NCBI GenBank assembly: GCA_963745235.1
Contig: CAVUXE010000053.1
Span: 64,001-128,000, forward strand
DNA length: 64,000 nt
Origin: an uncultured Spirochaetota bacterium
Lineage (GTDB): Bacteria > Spirochaetota > Spirochaetia > SZUA-6 > Fen-1364
Direction: 5' to 3'
The translations under genes and the position numbers were made by a program. The stretch's first letter is position 1. Each line of letters opens with the position of its first letter. The notes below the pieces were generated by a model that did no database searches, was not told the DNA's origin, and saw only the letters and a program-made list of their open reading frames with translations. Positions 52,820 to 63,174 of this stretch are shown here, one piece after another.

Positions 52820-54037
52820 TCACTTGAACTGGCCGAGCAGCTTCTGCACGGCGGCAGCATCGTCCGCTATTGCCTGATTGGCCTGCTCCGCCGTGAGAGA
52901 GGGAGGCTTCCTTCCCGGGAACTCCTTCAAGGCGCGCGCCGCATCGGCCGCTCCGACGAAGTCCGCGATTGGTGTCACGGCCCGCAAGTCAGCCAGAGGT
53001 CCCTGGATCACGTAGCCGTCGAACAGGTCGGAAAGCGTGAGCGCGGTTCCCGCGCGCGCGTCGTGAGCGAAAGAGCCGGTGGTGACACGCAGCGCACCAA
53101 GCGGCGTGGAGGCCGTGTCGAATCCCGCGCTCTGGTCCGCGGGGGGAAGCGCCGCAATCAGGCTGTCGATGGCTCCGTCCGCCGCCCACGTGAGCCCCGT
53201 GGACGAGGTGGAATCCGGCCAGGGAGCGTGCAACGCAATGGAAAAAGCCCGGGCGCCGATCTGCGCAAAGACGATGTTTCCCGCGCGCCTGGTCTCCGGA
53301 AGGTGCAGGCTGGCGGCGCTTCTCTCATACTCCGCGTTTCGGAAGGCCGTGAACCCATGCGGCATCCCGCAGAAGATGAGACCTTTCTCCTGCTTTGCCA
53401 CCAGCTCCCTGTCAATGACCTCTGCCATGTGGGCGTCGGGAACCCCGTTGGCGAAAATGCGCGCAACCACCTTCGGGTCGCGCGCGTCCTTGTCCGTTAC
53501 CAGGTATTCCCAGTTCTGCCGCACGCTCAATCCCAGGACGCGGAACGGGGGGGACCCGCGGGGGAGCCCATGGTTGAGTTGCCAGGCCGCCTTGAAGATG
53601 TCCACGTATTCCTGGAACCCCCACGTAACGACCCAGTCGAAGATGATTGCGCGCGCCTTCGCCTCGTCCCAGGATTTCGCGTCGACAAGTGAATCTATCT
53701 CTTCCTGGTCGTCGGAGAGCGCATATTCGATTCCGAGAGTGCGGATCCCCGCTGCGTACAGTCCGGGTATGAGGGAGGAGACAAGCTGGACGTTCTGGCG
53801 GATCTTGTAGAACTCCCCCAGGAAAACGATGTCATGGGAGGCAAAGCGACCCACGATGTAGTCCTCGGGGGATACGTGGTGCGACTCAGCGAAGGCAACG
53901 AGCTCTGCCAGGGAAGATTGCGGGAGATCGGGTCTTTGCGTTCCCTTGGCGGCTCCCTTGAAGAGCTGCAAGGGATTGAAGAACAGGAACAGCGCTACGA
54001 CCGCGACCCCCGCAATGAGCATGGTGTCCCGTTTCAT
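52820..54037 (-). CDS. Exported protein, possibly EreA/ChaN/TIKI fold
   Basis: N-terminal TM; IVFLGE, LGIEY, FCGMPH. Confidence 0.6.
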   Translation of the reverse strand: MKRDTMLIAGVAVVALFLFFNPLQLFKGAAKGTQRPDLPQSSLAELVAFAESHHVSPEDYIVGRFASHDIVFLGEFYKIRQNVQLVSSLIPGLYAAGIRTLGIEYALSDDQEEIDSLVDAKSWDEAKARAIIFDWVVTWGFQEYVDIFKAAWQLNHGLPRGSPPFRVLGLSVRQNWEYLVTDKDARDPKVVARIFANGVPDAHMAEVIDRELVAKQEKGLIFCGMPHGFTAFRNAEYERSAASLHLPETRRAGNIVFAQIGARAFSIALHAPWPDSTSSTGLTWAADGAIDSLIAALPPADQSAGFDTASTPLGALRVTTGSFAHDARAGTALTLSDLFDGYVIQGPLADLRAVTPIADFVGAADAARALKEFPGRKPPSLTAEQANQAIADDAAAVQKLLGQFK

Positions 54038-54070
54038 GGGGGACACAATAGCCTCAGGGCCCGCGGGCGC

Positions 54071-55081
54071 CTATACCCCGACGGGCTCGGTGAACTCCTT
54101 CTGGTTGAGAAGCATCTTTGCGTACTGGGCCCGCGTGTATGCCCACGGGTCTTCCGAGTTTTGCGCGGACAGCTTCCCCCGGAAGCTGTCGAGGCCCGCG
54201 TACGACTTGCTTTCCATCCAGCGGTCCAGCTCCTCCCGCATCCCGGACAGTGACTTGACTCCGTTCCTGTACAGGCTCGTGACAACCTGCACCGCCACCG
54301 CGCCGGCAAGGATCATCTTCACGACGTCCCGGCCCGTCATGATACCGGTGCTCGCGCACACGTCCGCCTTCACTTTCCCGTGGAGCAGGCCGGCGAAGCG
54401 AAGGGGGAGGCGGTTGTCGGCCTGGGTGGAGAAGTTGAAGGGAAGCGCCATGGTCTCTGAGTCCGCGTTGATGTCCGGTTGGAACAGGCGGTTGAAGAGC
54501 ACGAGGCCGTTGACCTTCTCCGCGTCCAGCTGCGAGATGAAGTGCAGGGGGTTCGAGTAGAACATGCTGAGCTTGACGGCGAGGGGAATTGACACGGACT
54601 GCCTGATGGCGCGGACCGCATCCAGCTGTTCTTCCTCCACCTGTGACGAGGTGGTCTGGAAGTCCCGCGGCGTGGCGAAGAAGTTGAGCTCCAGCGCGTC
54701 AACGCCCTGGTCCGCGAGATGGCGCGCATACTCCACCCAGGTCTTCGGGTTGACGGCGTTCAGACTGGCAATGACGGGAACCCGTACGGCCTCCTTGGCT
54801 TTCTTGACCCACATGAGATGCTCTTTCGGCCCGGCGTGCTCGAGCTTCGGGAAGAGGCTCGTCATCTCGGCATAGAGGTTCTCCCCCGCGTGCGTGTCCT
54901 CTTCCAGCTTGTATCTCTCCAGCTGCACCTGCTCTTCGAAGAGGCTCTTCAGCACCAGGGCGCCGGCGCCCGCCTGCTCGATCCGCTTGATGCTGTCCAT
55001 GTTCGAGGTGAGGTCGCTCGCCCCCGCGATGATGGGATTCTCCAGTGTGAGCCCCATGAAACGGGTCGACAGATTGGCCAT
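54071..55081 (-). CDS. Dihydroorotate dehydrogenase-like flavoprotein
   Basis: VLKSLFEE, ASLN, ELN, AVKLS, LFNRLFQPD, STGI. Confidence 0.85.
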   Translation of the reverse strand: MANLSTRFMGLTLENPIIAGASDLTSNMDSIKRIEQAGAGALVLKSLFEEQVQLERYKLEEDTHAGENLYAEMTSLFPKLEHAGPKEHLMWVKKAKEAVRVPVIASLNAVNPKTWVEYARHLADQGVDALELNFFATPRDFQTTSSQVEEEQLDAVRAIRQSVSIPLAVKLSMFYSNPLHFISQLDAEKVNGLVLFNRLFQPDINADSETMALPFNFSTQADNRLPLRFAGLLHGKVKADVCASTGIMTGRDVVKMILAGAVAVQVVTSLYRNGVKSLSGMREELDRWMESKSYAGLDSFRGKLSAQNSEDPWAYTRAQYAKMLLNQKEFTEPVGV

Positions 55082-55137
55082 TGGGTTCTCCTTTTCCTCA
55101 ATGTAATCAATGTAATCAATTTTCCCCACCGCGCCAT

Positions 55138-56220
55138 TCAGCGCTTGCGGCGGAGGCTCCCATCGCAGATCTCGTTCAGGATTCGAGCATGTTCATCCGG
55201 GACAGGGAGTGACGTGATGATCCCGCGCGCCTCCGCGGCAAGCCCCTCCGTGAGCTCCTGCATGGTCCGCCGGGCGCCGAGGGCCTCGATGGCCTGCCGG
55301 ATCTCACTCGACTCCGCCAGGGAGAGGTCCGGTTTCCCGAAAAGGCCGGCAAGTCTGTGCCTCTGGGCCCCCCGGGCCCTCCGCAGCAGCTCGAGGAAAA
55401 GGAGGGTCTTCTTCCCCTCCCGGATGTCCGAGCCAACGGGCTTTCCCGTCTGGCTTTCGGATCCGAAAATGCCCATCTCGTCGTCCCGCACCTGGAAGAT
55501 CACGCCGAGTCTCTCACCGAGCTCACTGAGCCGCCGCTGCTCGGCCGGCGGAGCTCCCGCCATGAGCGCTCCGGCCATCAAGGGGAGGGAGAACGTGTAC
55601 CGGGCAGTCTTGTACAGGTAGAGGGCAAGCACGTCCTCCCGCGACGGGACCCTCTGCGACGCGGCGAATGCGAGGTCCTGCATCTGGGCAACCGCCACAT
55701 ACGTGAGCTCTCGGGAGATCAGGCCGATGAGAGATACGGTCCGCCGCGCCTCCATGGTGAGCCTGGCCAGCGCCTCGAGGGCCAGGAAGTAGCCGGCATC
55801 ACCGGCGCACGTCCCCATGGACCTCCCGAAGCCCGCCGGGTCAGAGGCGTGCGCGCGTTTGCCCGCCTGCTCGTACTGAGCAAAGATGGTCCTGTCCCCT
55901 CGCCGCAGGCGGTCGTTGTCCATGATGTCGTCGTGGATCAGGAGGGAGGAGTGCAGGATCTCGATTGCCGCGGCGGCCTGCAACACGTCGTGGGGCGTCG
56001 GGCGCGGTTTCCCCGCCCCGCGGCGTCGGGCGTGCATTTCCCATCCCAGGACCAGGAGCCCGCCGCGGATCATTTTCCCCTTGAGACAGAAGGCGAGGAA
56101 CCGTCCCACCATGTCCGGGCCCCACCCGTTGATGTGCGCGAGCTCCGCGCCGCGCAGCTCCAGCAGGCGGCGCAACTGGCGGGCGATCAAGGGCTTTTTC
56201 CGCGCGAAGTACGCGTGCAT
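55138..56220 (-). CDS. Polyprenyl diphosphate (GGPP) synthase
   Basis: GKMIRG, LIHDDIMD..RRG, KTARYT, FQVRDD, DIREGKKT. Confidence 0.92.
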   Translation of the reverse strand: MHAYFARKKPLIARQLRRLLELRGAELAHINGWGPDMVGRFLAFCLKGKMIRGGLLVLGWEMHARRRGAGKPRPTPHDVLQAAAAIEILHSSLLIHDDIMDNDRLRRGDRTIFAQYEQAGKRAHASDPAGFGRSMGTCAGDAGYFLALEALARLTMEARRTVSLIGLISRELTYVAVAQMQDLAFAASQRVPSREDVLALYLYKTARYTFSLPLMAGALMAGAPPAEQRRLSELGERLGVIFQVRDDEMGIFGSESQTGKPVGSDIREGKKTLLFLELLRRARGAQRHRLAGLFGKPDLSLAESSEIRQAIEALGARRTMQELTEGLAAEARGIITSLPVPDEHARILNEICDGSLRRKR

Positions 56221-56255
56221 TCAGGGCTCCCCCGGTGCAGGGCCGGGCAGCTCCC

Positions 56256-57596
56256 TCAACGGGGTCGTGCGATGACCTCCGCGAGGGCCTTCTTCTCAGC
56301 GAGCTCGGCTTTCAGCATTTCCTCCCTCGCCTTGTTCACGTAGTTCCTGGCCTGGAAAGAATAGGTAAAGTTCGTGTGGATGTCGTACGTTCCTTCCATG
56401 AGGGCGTGCGTGTCCTCGGTCATGACGAGCTCTTCATCCGTCGGAATGACGAAGACGCGCACCTTCGAGCCCGCCCCCGTTATTTCGGTCTCCGCGTTGC
56501 GCGTCATGGAGATTTCGTTCTTCTTCTTGTCCAGGACGATCCCCATCTCCTCCAGCCCTTCCAGGCACTTCTCTCGGGTGATGGGGCCTCTTTCCCCGAC
56601 TCCCGCCGTGAAAACCACGGCATCCACCCTGCCGAGCGCCGCGTAGTAGGCCCCGAGGTACTTCTTCAACCGGTAGCCCTCGAGGTCGATGGACAGCTGG
56701 CAGCGCTCGTCACCGGCGCAGGCGCCGGTCTCGATGTCCCGCCTGTCCGTGTACTTCCCCGTGATCCCAAGCACCCCGCTCTTGCGGTTCAGGATGCTTT
56801 CCATGGCCTCGGGACGGAGGCCTTCCTTGCGCATCACGTAGAAGCCGATGGTGGGGTCGTGGTCCCCCGCGCGCGTGCCCATGACGAGCCCCTCCAGCGG
56901 GGTGAAGCCCATGGATGTGTCCAGGGAGACTCCGTTTTTCACGGCGTTCGCGCTGGAGCCATTGCCGATGTGGAAGCACACGAGGTTCGTAGCGAACGGG
57001 TTTTTCCCCAGGAGGACCGCGGCCCTCTTGGAGACATAGAGAAAGGAGGTGCCGTGGAAACCGTAGCGGCGCACCCGGTAGTTTTCGTACCACGAATACG
57101 GCAGCGCGTACATGAACGACGTTGTCGGCATTGTCTGGTGCCATGCCGTGTCCATGACGGCGCAATGCGGCACGTTGGGGAGCACCTCGCGCGCTGCCTC
57201 GATGCCGGTGATGTTGGGCGGGTTGTGCAGGGGTGCCAGGTCGGACAGCTCACGGAAGGTCGCCAGCGCGTGCTCGTCAATGATCACCGACTTGGCGAAC
57301 TTGTCTCCCCCGTGCACCACGCGGTGGCCCACCGCCTTGATGTCGGAGAGGCTCGTGATGGCCCCCACGTCGGGGTCCAGCAGCGTCTTCACGATCAGCT
57401 CGATTGCCTCCTTGTGGTTGGGGCAGTCGTGCTCCCGCTTGATCTTCTTTCCGATCCTCCTTGCGTAGTGGCTGATGAACGACCCGCCGACGGTAACGCG
57501 TTCGACGATACCTTGCGCAAGGACGTCGCGCTCTTCCCAGCGATAGAGCTGATACTTGAGCGACGAGCTGCCGCAGTTGAGGGTCAAAATGTCCAT
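56256..57596 (-). CDS. ackA: Acetate kinase
   Basis: [41 protein letters not shown]. Confidence 0.96.
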   Translation of the reverse strand: MDILTLNCGSSSLKYQLYRWEERDVLAQGIVERVTVGGSFISHYARRIGKKIKREHDCPNHKEAIELIVKTLLDPDVGAITSLSDIKAVGHRVVHGGDKFAKSVIIDEHALATFRELSDLAPLHNPPNITGIEAAREVLPNVPHCAVMDTAWHQTMPTTSFMYALPYSWYENYRVRRYGFHGTSFLYVSKRAAVLLGKNPFATNLVCFHIGNGSSANAVKNGVSLDTSMGFTPLEGLVMGTRAGDHDPTIGFYVMRKEGLRPEAMESILNRKSGVLGITGKYTDRRDIETGACAGDERCQLSIDLEGYRLKKYLGAYYAALGRVDAVVFTAGVGERGPITREKCLEGLEEMGIVLDKKKNEISMTRNAETEITGAGSKVRVFVIPTDEELVMTEDTHALMEGTYDIHTNFTYSFQARNYVNKAREEMLKAELAEKKALAEVIARPR

Positions 57597-57790
57597 TGGA
57601 TGTTCCCTTTCATTCGCGGCAAGCCGCCCGCGCCGGGCCGGGCCGCGCACTCAGCATCCTGAGTGATATCCGCAATGCGTTCTCAGGTCAAGCCGACGGG
57701 CAAACGAAGCAAACGACAGACCTGCAAACGCCTTCGAAGCGCAAGCGCCACCGGCACAAGCGTCGGGTCGCGCGTCCTGTATTCCTATCG

Positions 57791-59118
57791 ATGCTCGCTC
57801 TCCGCGTGTGCGCTGTCCTCTCGCTGTGCTGCTCCGCCGCGAGCGCCGCCCCTGTCTCCGTGAATGTCTCCTCCGCGTACAGCGTCGGAGAGGATTTGAC
57901 TCTGCGTTGTGATCTTCGCGTGCCGGACTACCGATTTGCCATGGCCGGGTCGTGGCAGGACGGGAGCTCCTTTCCGAGGCTCCTGGCGGGTGTATCGTCT
58001 TCCTGGCTCAGAATCGGGCCGCTGTCACCCGCGGGGGCTCTCCGGGAGGCCTCTCACCCCCTGGGATTCCAGGCGGGAAGCGACGTATTCGTCCAACGGA
58101 CAGGGTTTGTCCTGGACGCCTCGTTTCCCGCGCAACCTTCGGGCATCCTCCTCATGCCTCTGGCGGGGACACTCGGGGTCTTCGCTCGGGAGCTTTCGAC
58201 CGGCGGAGAATGGGTGGGCTGCATGGCCAGCGTGCTTCAGATCCCGGGGGTCGGTTTGGAGGGTTTTGTCTCCCTCTCCGGGCCTCCCCGGGAATCCATG
58301 GGAGAAGAGTGGATCACGGAGTGTGCACCGTTTGCCGGCGGGAGAATACTCTCCGGCGCCGCGCGGCTCCTTGCGGACTGCCCGCCTTTCAGCATGACGG
58401 CGACGTTCGGCGCCTCCCGGGGAGAAATGTCCTTGCCCGGGAGTTTCATCCATGTGCACCTTGCGGCGCGCACAGGGGCTCTCAGTTTTTTTCTTCTCCT
58501 GGCCAGGGCGGACGGCACCTACACGTCACCATCAGGGGACCGCCCGCCAGAGGAAAGCCTTGTTTCCACGGCTCTCCAGGTGGCTGACGCCGGGGGGAGG
58601 TGGACGTTCGCATTTCCCATGCCATCCGCCAGCCTTCGTTCACACCAGGTCTCTTCCTGGCGGGCAGAACTGAGGCAAGCCTGGCAGCGGAGAAAAGCAT
58701 GGCGGCTGGCAATCAGGCTCTCGTGTCCGTCCGGGTGGAGGGGAGCAGCATTATTCATGAGGAAACAGACGGAGGGCGGGGCTCTGCCTCCCGCTGCGCC
58801 GCGACAACTGCCGTTCGCGTCTCACCGGTACGCCTGGAATCCGGTATCGCGTGCAGCCAGGGTGAAGGGCTTTCAGCGCGCTTCATGGCGGAAGCAGTGC
58901 TGGACCGTCGCGGTTCCCTCGCCAGCTTCGAAGGGACAGCCGACCACCTGGACGGAGGGGAACAGGATTTCTCCGCGCTTTGCTCGCTGCGCCTCGGGAG
59001 GAAGAGCTTTCGGGTGACCGTGAGCGCGGGTCTCGCCGAAGTGAGGTTCCGTGCGGTGCGTGAGGATTTTCCGAAGGGATTGAAACTATCGATCCTGTGG
59101 GATTCCCGTTCACAGTGA
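57791..59118 (+). CDS. Exported hypothetical protein, probable beta-barrel; frameshift near 58598
   Basis: Signal-like N-terminus, beta-rich, ends LSILWDSRSQ in a second frame. Confidence 0.55.
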
Positions 59119-59144
59119 CCCGCCACTGTGTTCGCTGCCGGTTC

Positions 59145-60056
59145 TCACCATTCTCCTATGAGGAGCACCTCTCTCTCCAGATTCAATCCGAGCTTCTTCT
59201 GCACTTCCTCTTCTATCATAACAATCAGGGACCGGACCTCGTGAGCGGTGGCGCGGTCTGTATTGATGATGATGTTCCCGTGAAAAGGGGCAATCTGCGC
59301 GCCGCCAATTCTGCGTCCCTTCAGCCCCAGGGAGTCAATGATCTTGCCCGTGGGGGCCCCGAAATCCCGGTTGTTCTTGAACACGCTTCCGGCGCAGGGA
59401 TAGAGAAAGTGTCCTTTTCTCTCCCTGTCGGCGCGGTGCTCCGCCATGGCGGCGGAAACTGCTGATCTGTCTCCCGGCGCAAGGCGCATGCCGGCCCGGA
59501 GGATCACCCGGGAACCGGTCTGGAAGGGAGAGAGCTTGTAGGCCCACTGGGAAGGGTCAATCCTTTCGCGCCGGACCTCGCCCTGCTCGTCCAGGAACTC
59601 CACGTATTCGAGGATATCGCTTACCTGATGGTCGTAGCAGCGCGCGTTCATCCAGACAGCGCCGCCGAGGCTTCCCGGCAGGGAGTAGGCAAACTCCAGC
59701 CCTGAGAGGCCGCGCTCACGGGCAAACTCCGCCACCTCCGAGATCGGCGTGCCGCACAGAGCGGACACGAGCGTGCCCTCCGCCTCGCATCCCCTCATGC
59801 TGCCCAGGTCCATGACGACTCCCCTGATCCCCTTGTCGCCAACCAGGATGTTGGTTCCGCCGCCCAGGAGGAAGCAAGGCACGGAGTCACGGGCGCACGC
59901 CGTTGCAACACGAGCTGCCTCCGCGACGTCGCGCGGCACAAGATACAGGTCAGCCGGGCCGCCAATGGCAAAGCTGGTATGGCCGCTCATGGGCTCCCGG
60001 CTTCGCGAAATGCCTTCGATCTTGATTTTCCGTTCCAATTCCCGTACTGTTGCCAC
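59145..60056 (-). CDS. murB: UDP-N-acetylenolpyruvoylglucosamine reductase
   Basis: HTSFAIGG, GGGTN, GLEF, PGSLGGAVWMNA, AGSVFKN, LEREV. Confidence 0.95.
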   Translation of the reverse strand: MATVRELERKIKIEGISRSREPMSGHTSFAIGGPADLYLVPRDVAEAARVATACARDSVPCFLLGGGTNILVGDKGIRGVVMDLGSMRGCEAEGTLVSALCGTPISEVAEFARERGLSGLEFAYSLPGSLGGAVWMNARCYDHQVSDILEYVEFLDEQGEVRRERIDPSQWAYKLSPFQTGSRVILRAGMRLAPGDRSAVSAAMAEHRADRERKGHFLYPCAGSVFKNNRDFGAPTGKIIDSLGLKGRRIGGAQIAPFHGNIIINTDRATAHEVRSLIVMIEEEVQKKLGLNLEREVLLIGEW

Positions 60057-60130
60057 GCGGTAAAATAGTAGCGGGCGTAGTGGCGAAGGTCTACACACAA
60101 TCGCCGGGCGTAATCCTTTGGAGGGCTCTG

Positions 60131-61582
60131 GTGGAGCTGAAACTCTTCAATACAATGGGCAGGCAGCTATCGACTTTCAATCCCATCCACGAAGGGAAGG
60201 TCGGAATGTATGCGTGCGGCCCGACCGTCTACAATTTCGCTCACATCGGAAACCTCCGCACCTACGTCTTCGAGGACATATTCCGCAAGACCCTCGAGTA
60301 TTGGGGATACAGCGTCAGGCACGTCATGAACGTGACGGATGTCGGACACCTCACCGGGGACACCGACGAGGGTGAGGACAAGATCGTGAAGAGCTCCCGT
60401 GAGATGGGCAAGACTGTCTGGGAGGTCGCTGAGTTTTACACGAAGGCCTTCTTTCGGGATTTCGGCCTGCTGCGCTGCGCAATGCCATCGGTGGTGTGCA
60501 AGGCCACGGATCATATCCAGGAGATGATAGACCTGATCCGCAGGATCGAGGCCAGGGGCTTTACGTACTCCGCGGGCGGGAACCTCTATTTCGACATCAG
60601 CAAGTTCCCGGACTATGGGAAGCTTGCCCTCCTGGATCAGCAGGATCTACGGGCCGGGGCCCGGGTCGAAGTGGACCAGGGCAAGAGGAACCCGTTCGAC
60701 TTCGCGCTGTGGTTCACGAAATCAAAGTTCGAGCACCAGGCCATGCTGTGGGACTCCCCCTGGGGCCGGGGCTACCCGGGCTGGCACATCGAGTGCAGCG
60801 CCATGTCCATGAAGTATCTTGGCGAGCACTTCGATGTCCACTGCGGCGGCATAGATCACGTACCCGTCCACCATACCAACGAGATAGCCCAATCGGAGTC
60901 CGCCACTGGCCACACGTGGGTGAACTACTGGCTGCATGGGGAGTTTCTTCTCATGGGCCGGGACAAGATGGCAAAGTCCGCGGGGAACTTCCTGACCCTC
61001 TCCAGCCTGATCGAGAAGGGCTATCATCCCCTTGACTTTCGTTATTTCTGCCTGGGGGCGCACTATCGCACCCAGCTCATGTTCACATTCGACGGGCTGG
61101 ACGCTGCAAGAACGAGCCGTCTGGGGTTGATGGAAAGGATCGTGCAGCTCAGGGTTGAATCGCCCCAGGGACCGGTGCAGGCGGCCGGAAAAGCCCTGGA
61201 GTATCTGCGCGACTTCGAGACGCACGCGGCGGATGACTTGAACATGCCTCGCTGCCTCGCGGACATGTGGACCCTGCTCCGGGACCCAGAGGTTCCGGGT
61301 GGCATGAAGCTATCCCTGGTCCTCCGCATGGACCGTATCTTCGACCTTGGGCTCGACTCCGCGAAGGAAGAGGCACTGACGCTGGACGACGAGTCAAAGG
61401 CGCTCCTGGAAGAAAGGCGCCAGGCGCGCAGGGCGGGCAACTACAAGCGGGCAGATGAGATCCGTGCCGTGCTCAAGGCGCGCGGAATCGAGATCCAGGA
61501 CAGCCCGCAGGGCCAGAAGGTACGCTTTGCCGCTGGTCAAAGGGGAGAAAAAACTGTAACATCGGAAGACGACCGTTGTTAG
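60131..61582 (+). CDS. cysS: Cysteine--tRNA ligase
   Basis: CGPTVY, HIGN, PGWHIECSAM, KMAKS. Confidence 0.97.
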   Translation: MELKLFNTMGRQLSTFNPIHEGKVGMYACGPTVYNFAHIGNLRTYVFEDIFRKTLEYWGYSVRHVMNVTDVGHLTGDTDEGEDKIVKSSREMGKTVWEVAEFYTKAFFRDFGLLRCAMPSVVCKATDHIQEMIDLIRRIEARGFTYSAGGNLYFDISKFPDYGKLALLDQQDLRAGARVEVDQGKRNPFDFALWFTKSKFEHQAMLWDSPWGRGYPGWHIECSAMSMKYLGEHFDVHCGGIDHVPVHHTNEIAQSESATGHTWVNYWLHGEFLLMGRDKMAKSAGNFLTLSSLIEKGYHPLDFRYFCLGAHYRTQLMFTFDGLDAARTSRLGLMERIVQLRVESPQGPVQAAGKALEYLRDFETHAADDLNMPRCLADMWTLLRDPEVPGGMKLSLVLRMDRIFDLGLDSAKEEALTLDDESKALLEERRQARRAGNYKRADEIRAVLKARGIEIQDSPQGQKVRFAAGQRGEKTVTSEDDRC

Positions 61583-61584
61583 TA

Positions 61585-62115
61585 ATGAGTAGCACGGAGT
61601 ATGCGCGCCCACCGTCATTTGAAGCAGTCTATGAAACACTCTTCCCCATCATCTTTCGTGTATCGCTGCGAGTAACGGGCGACAGAGAGATCGCGGAGGA
61701 CCTCTGTCATGAAGCGTTCATAAAGCTTATGGAGCGTCCCAACCTTCTGCCTGACCTGAATCAGTGCAAGTTCTGGTTGATTCGCGTCGTAAAGAACCTT
61801 TCCCTCAACTATGAAAAGAGGAAGACCAGGGAGAAGGCGGCATATTCCAAGCTCAGCCGCCTGACCATGGGCGTCACGGAATCCAGCGAAAAGCAGCTCA
61901 TCCAGGAGGAGACCAGGTCTGCCGTCCAGAAGGCGCTCGACACTCTCCCCTACAACCTTCGCGCGCCCCTTGTCTTTCGTGAGTACGGAGACTTGAGCTA
62001 CAAGGAGATTGGTTCCATCCTCGGGATCAGTGAAAACAATGTAAAGGTGAGGATCTTTCGGGCCCGGGAGCATCTGGAAAAGGCGCTCATGGAAGGTGAC
62101 ATGTATGTGCCCTGA
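61585..62115 (+). CDS. ECF RNA polymerase sigma factor
   Basis: AEDLCHEAF, WLIRVVKN, LSYKEIG, VKVRIFRAR. Confidence 0.92.
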   Translation: MSSTEYARPPSFEAVYETLFPIIFRVSLRVTGDREIAEDLCHEAFIKLMERPNLLPDLNQCKFWLIRVVKNLSLNYEKRKTREKAAYSKLSRLTMGVTESSEKQLIQEETRSAVQKALDTLPYNLRAPLVFREYGDLSYKEIGSILGISENNVKVRIFRAREHLEKALMEGDMYVP

Positions 62116-62662
62116 TCGTCAAATCATTTCGGCATTTCTGGACGGCGAGATCGAGTCCCCCTGGGACAAGGCAATTGTGGAGCACTTGGCGTCCTGCCAG
62201 ACCTGCCGGTCCCTGCACGCGCGCCTGGCGGAGACCCGCAGGATCCTGAGAGAGGAATCCCTCGCTGACTGGCATGCTCCCATGGAGCGCGTACGGCGCG
62301 CCCTGCGCGCGCAAACGCCTCCGCAGCGCCGCGAGCCTGCTGTCTGGGAAAGACGGGTGAGCGTCCCGCTGCCCCTCGCGGCCCTCGCTGCAGCCCTGGT
62401 GCTCTTCTTCGGCATCACGCTTGTCGTCGTTCAGCTGCGGCCGCGGGTCGGGCTGGTGAGGATCACCAAGGCACCCGCCGGGGGGACGGAGATACAGATC
62501 TCTGCTCCCATCTCGGAGCTCGAAACACTGTTGAAGTCCGTCGGCGCAGAGGATACCGCCCGGGAGGATGTCATCCTCCTGCCCAAGAACATGCGTCTCC
62601 TTCCCGTCGGCGAGCCGCGGATGGGCAAAGCAGCGGAGTTCCCCAAGGTCAAAACATGGTGA
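62105..62662 (+). CDS. Zinc-finger (ZAS) membrane anti-sigma factor
   Basis: HLASCQTC (HxxxCxxC) plus one TM; directly follows the ECF sigma. Confidence 0.88.
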   Translation: MCPDRQIISAFLDGEIESPWDKAIVEHLASCQTCRSLHARLAETRRILREESLADWHAPMERVRRALRAQTPPQRREPAVWERRVSVPLPLAALAAALVLFFGITLVVVQLRPRVGLVRITKAPAGGTEIQISAPISELETLLKSVGAEDTAREDVILLPKNMRLLPVGEPRMGKAAEFPKVKTW

Positions 62663-63174
62663 GGAGGAGGGTCGCCCTCGCCCCGCTCCTCCTCACCCTG
62701 GCCGCGCTGCAGGCGCACCCTGAGGACAGGGAGCAGGATCCGAAGGAAGCGCTGCAGTCCCTGCTTTCAAACGCGCTGCAGGTTACCATTGCGGCGCGGG
62801 TGCTGCCGGCGGATGAAAAGCCCATCTGGAATGCTGAAAGCACGAAGCTCACGCTTCCCGGCCGGTCCATTCGGGTCCGCATGGATGGTGAGAACGTCCG
62901 CATTTACCTTGTCTGCACCCCGTACGTGCAGGACACCGGAAACGTCCTGCTCCTTGCGCAGGGCCAGGTCTGGTTCGCGGAGCCCACGGAGAACGAGGTC
63001 AAGTATTCGAGCACTTTCTCCAGCATTCCCGTTTCCTTCGGAGAAAAGGTCCTCTTCTTCCCGCTGGGAGTTTCCAGTGAGGAAGCGCAGCAGAAAGGGG
63101 TCGTGAACGTCGAGGTGGAGATCAACATCGTTCCCTATAAGCAGCCCCAGCCCCAACCGCAGCAGCAACCATAG
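62656..63174 (+). CDS. Exported hypothetical protein
   Basis: Signal peptide; overlaps the anti-sigma stop; QP-rich tail. Confidence 0.75.
   Translation: MVRRRVALAPLLLTLAALQAHPEDREQDPKEALQSLLSNALQVTIAARVLPADEKPIWNAESTKLTLPGRSIRVRMDGENVRIYLVCTPYVQDTGNVLLLAQGQVWFAEPTENEVKYSSTFSSIPVSFGEKVLFFPLGVSSEEAQQKGVVNVEVEINIVPYKQPQPQPQQQP

Noticed and set aside
57695-57780. c-di-GMP-I riboswitch suggested by GGGCAAAC
   Set aside because: No GNRA tetraloop/receptor stems or second conserved helix could be built.
1733-61225. Numerous long antisense and alternate-frame ORFs in the track (e.g. 1733-3271, 25303-26595, 46755-48374, 56235-57662)
   Set aside because: Shadow ORFs expected at high GC; they overlap well-supported genes and lack motifs.
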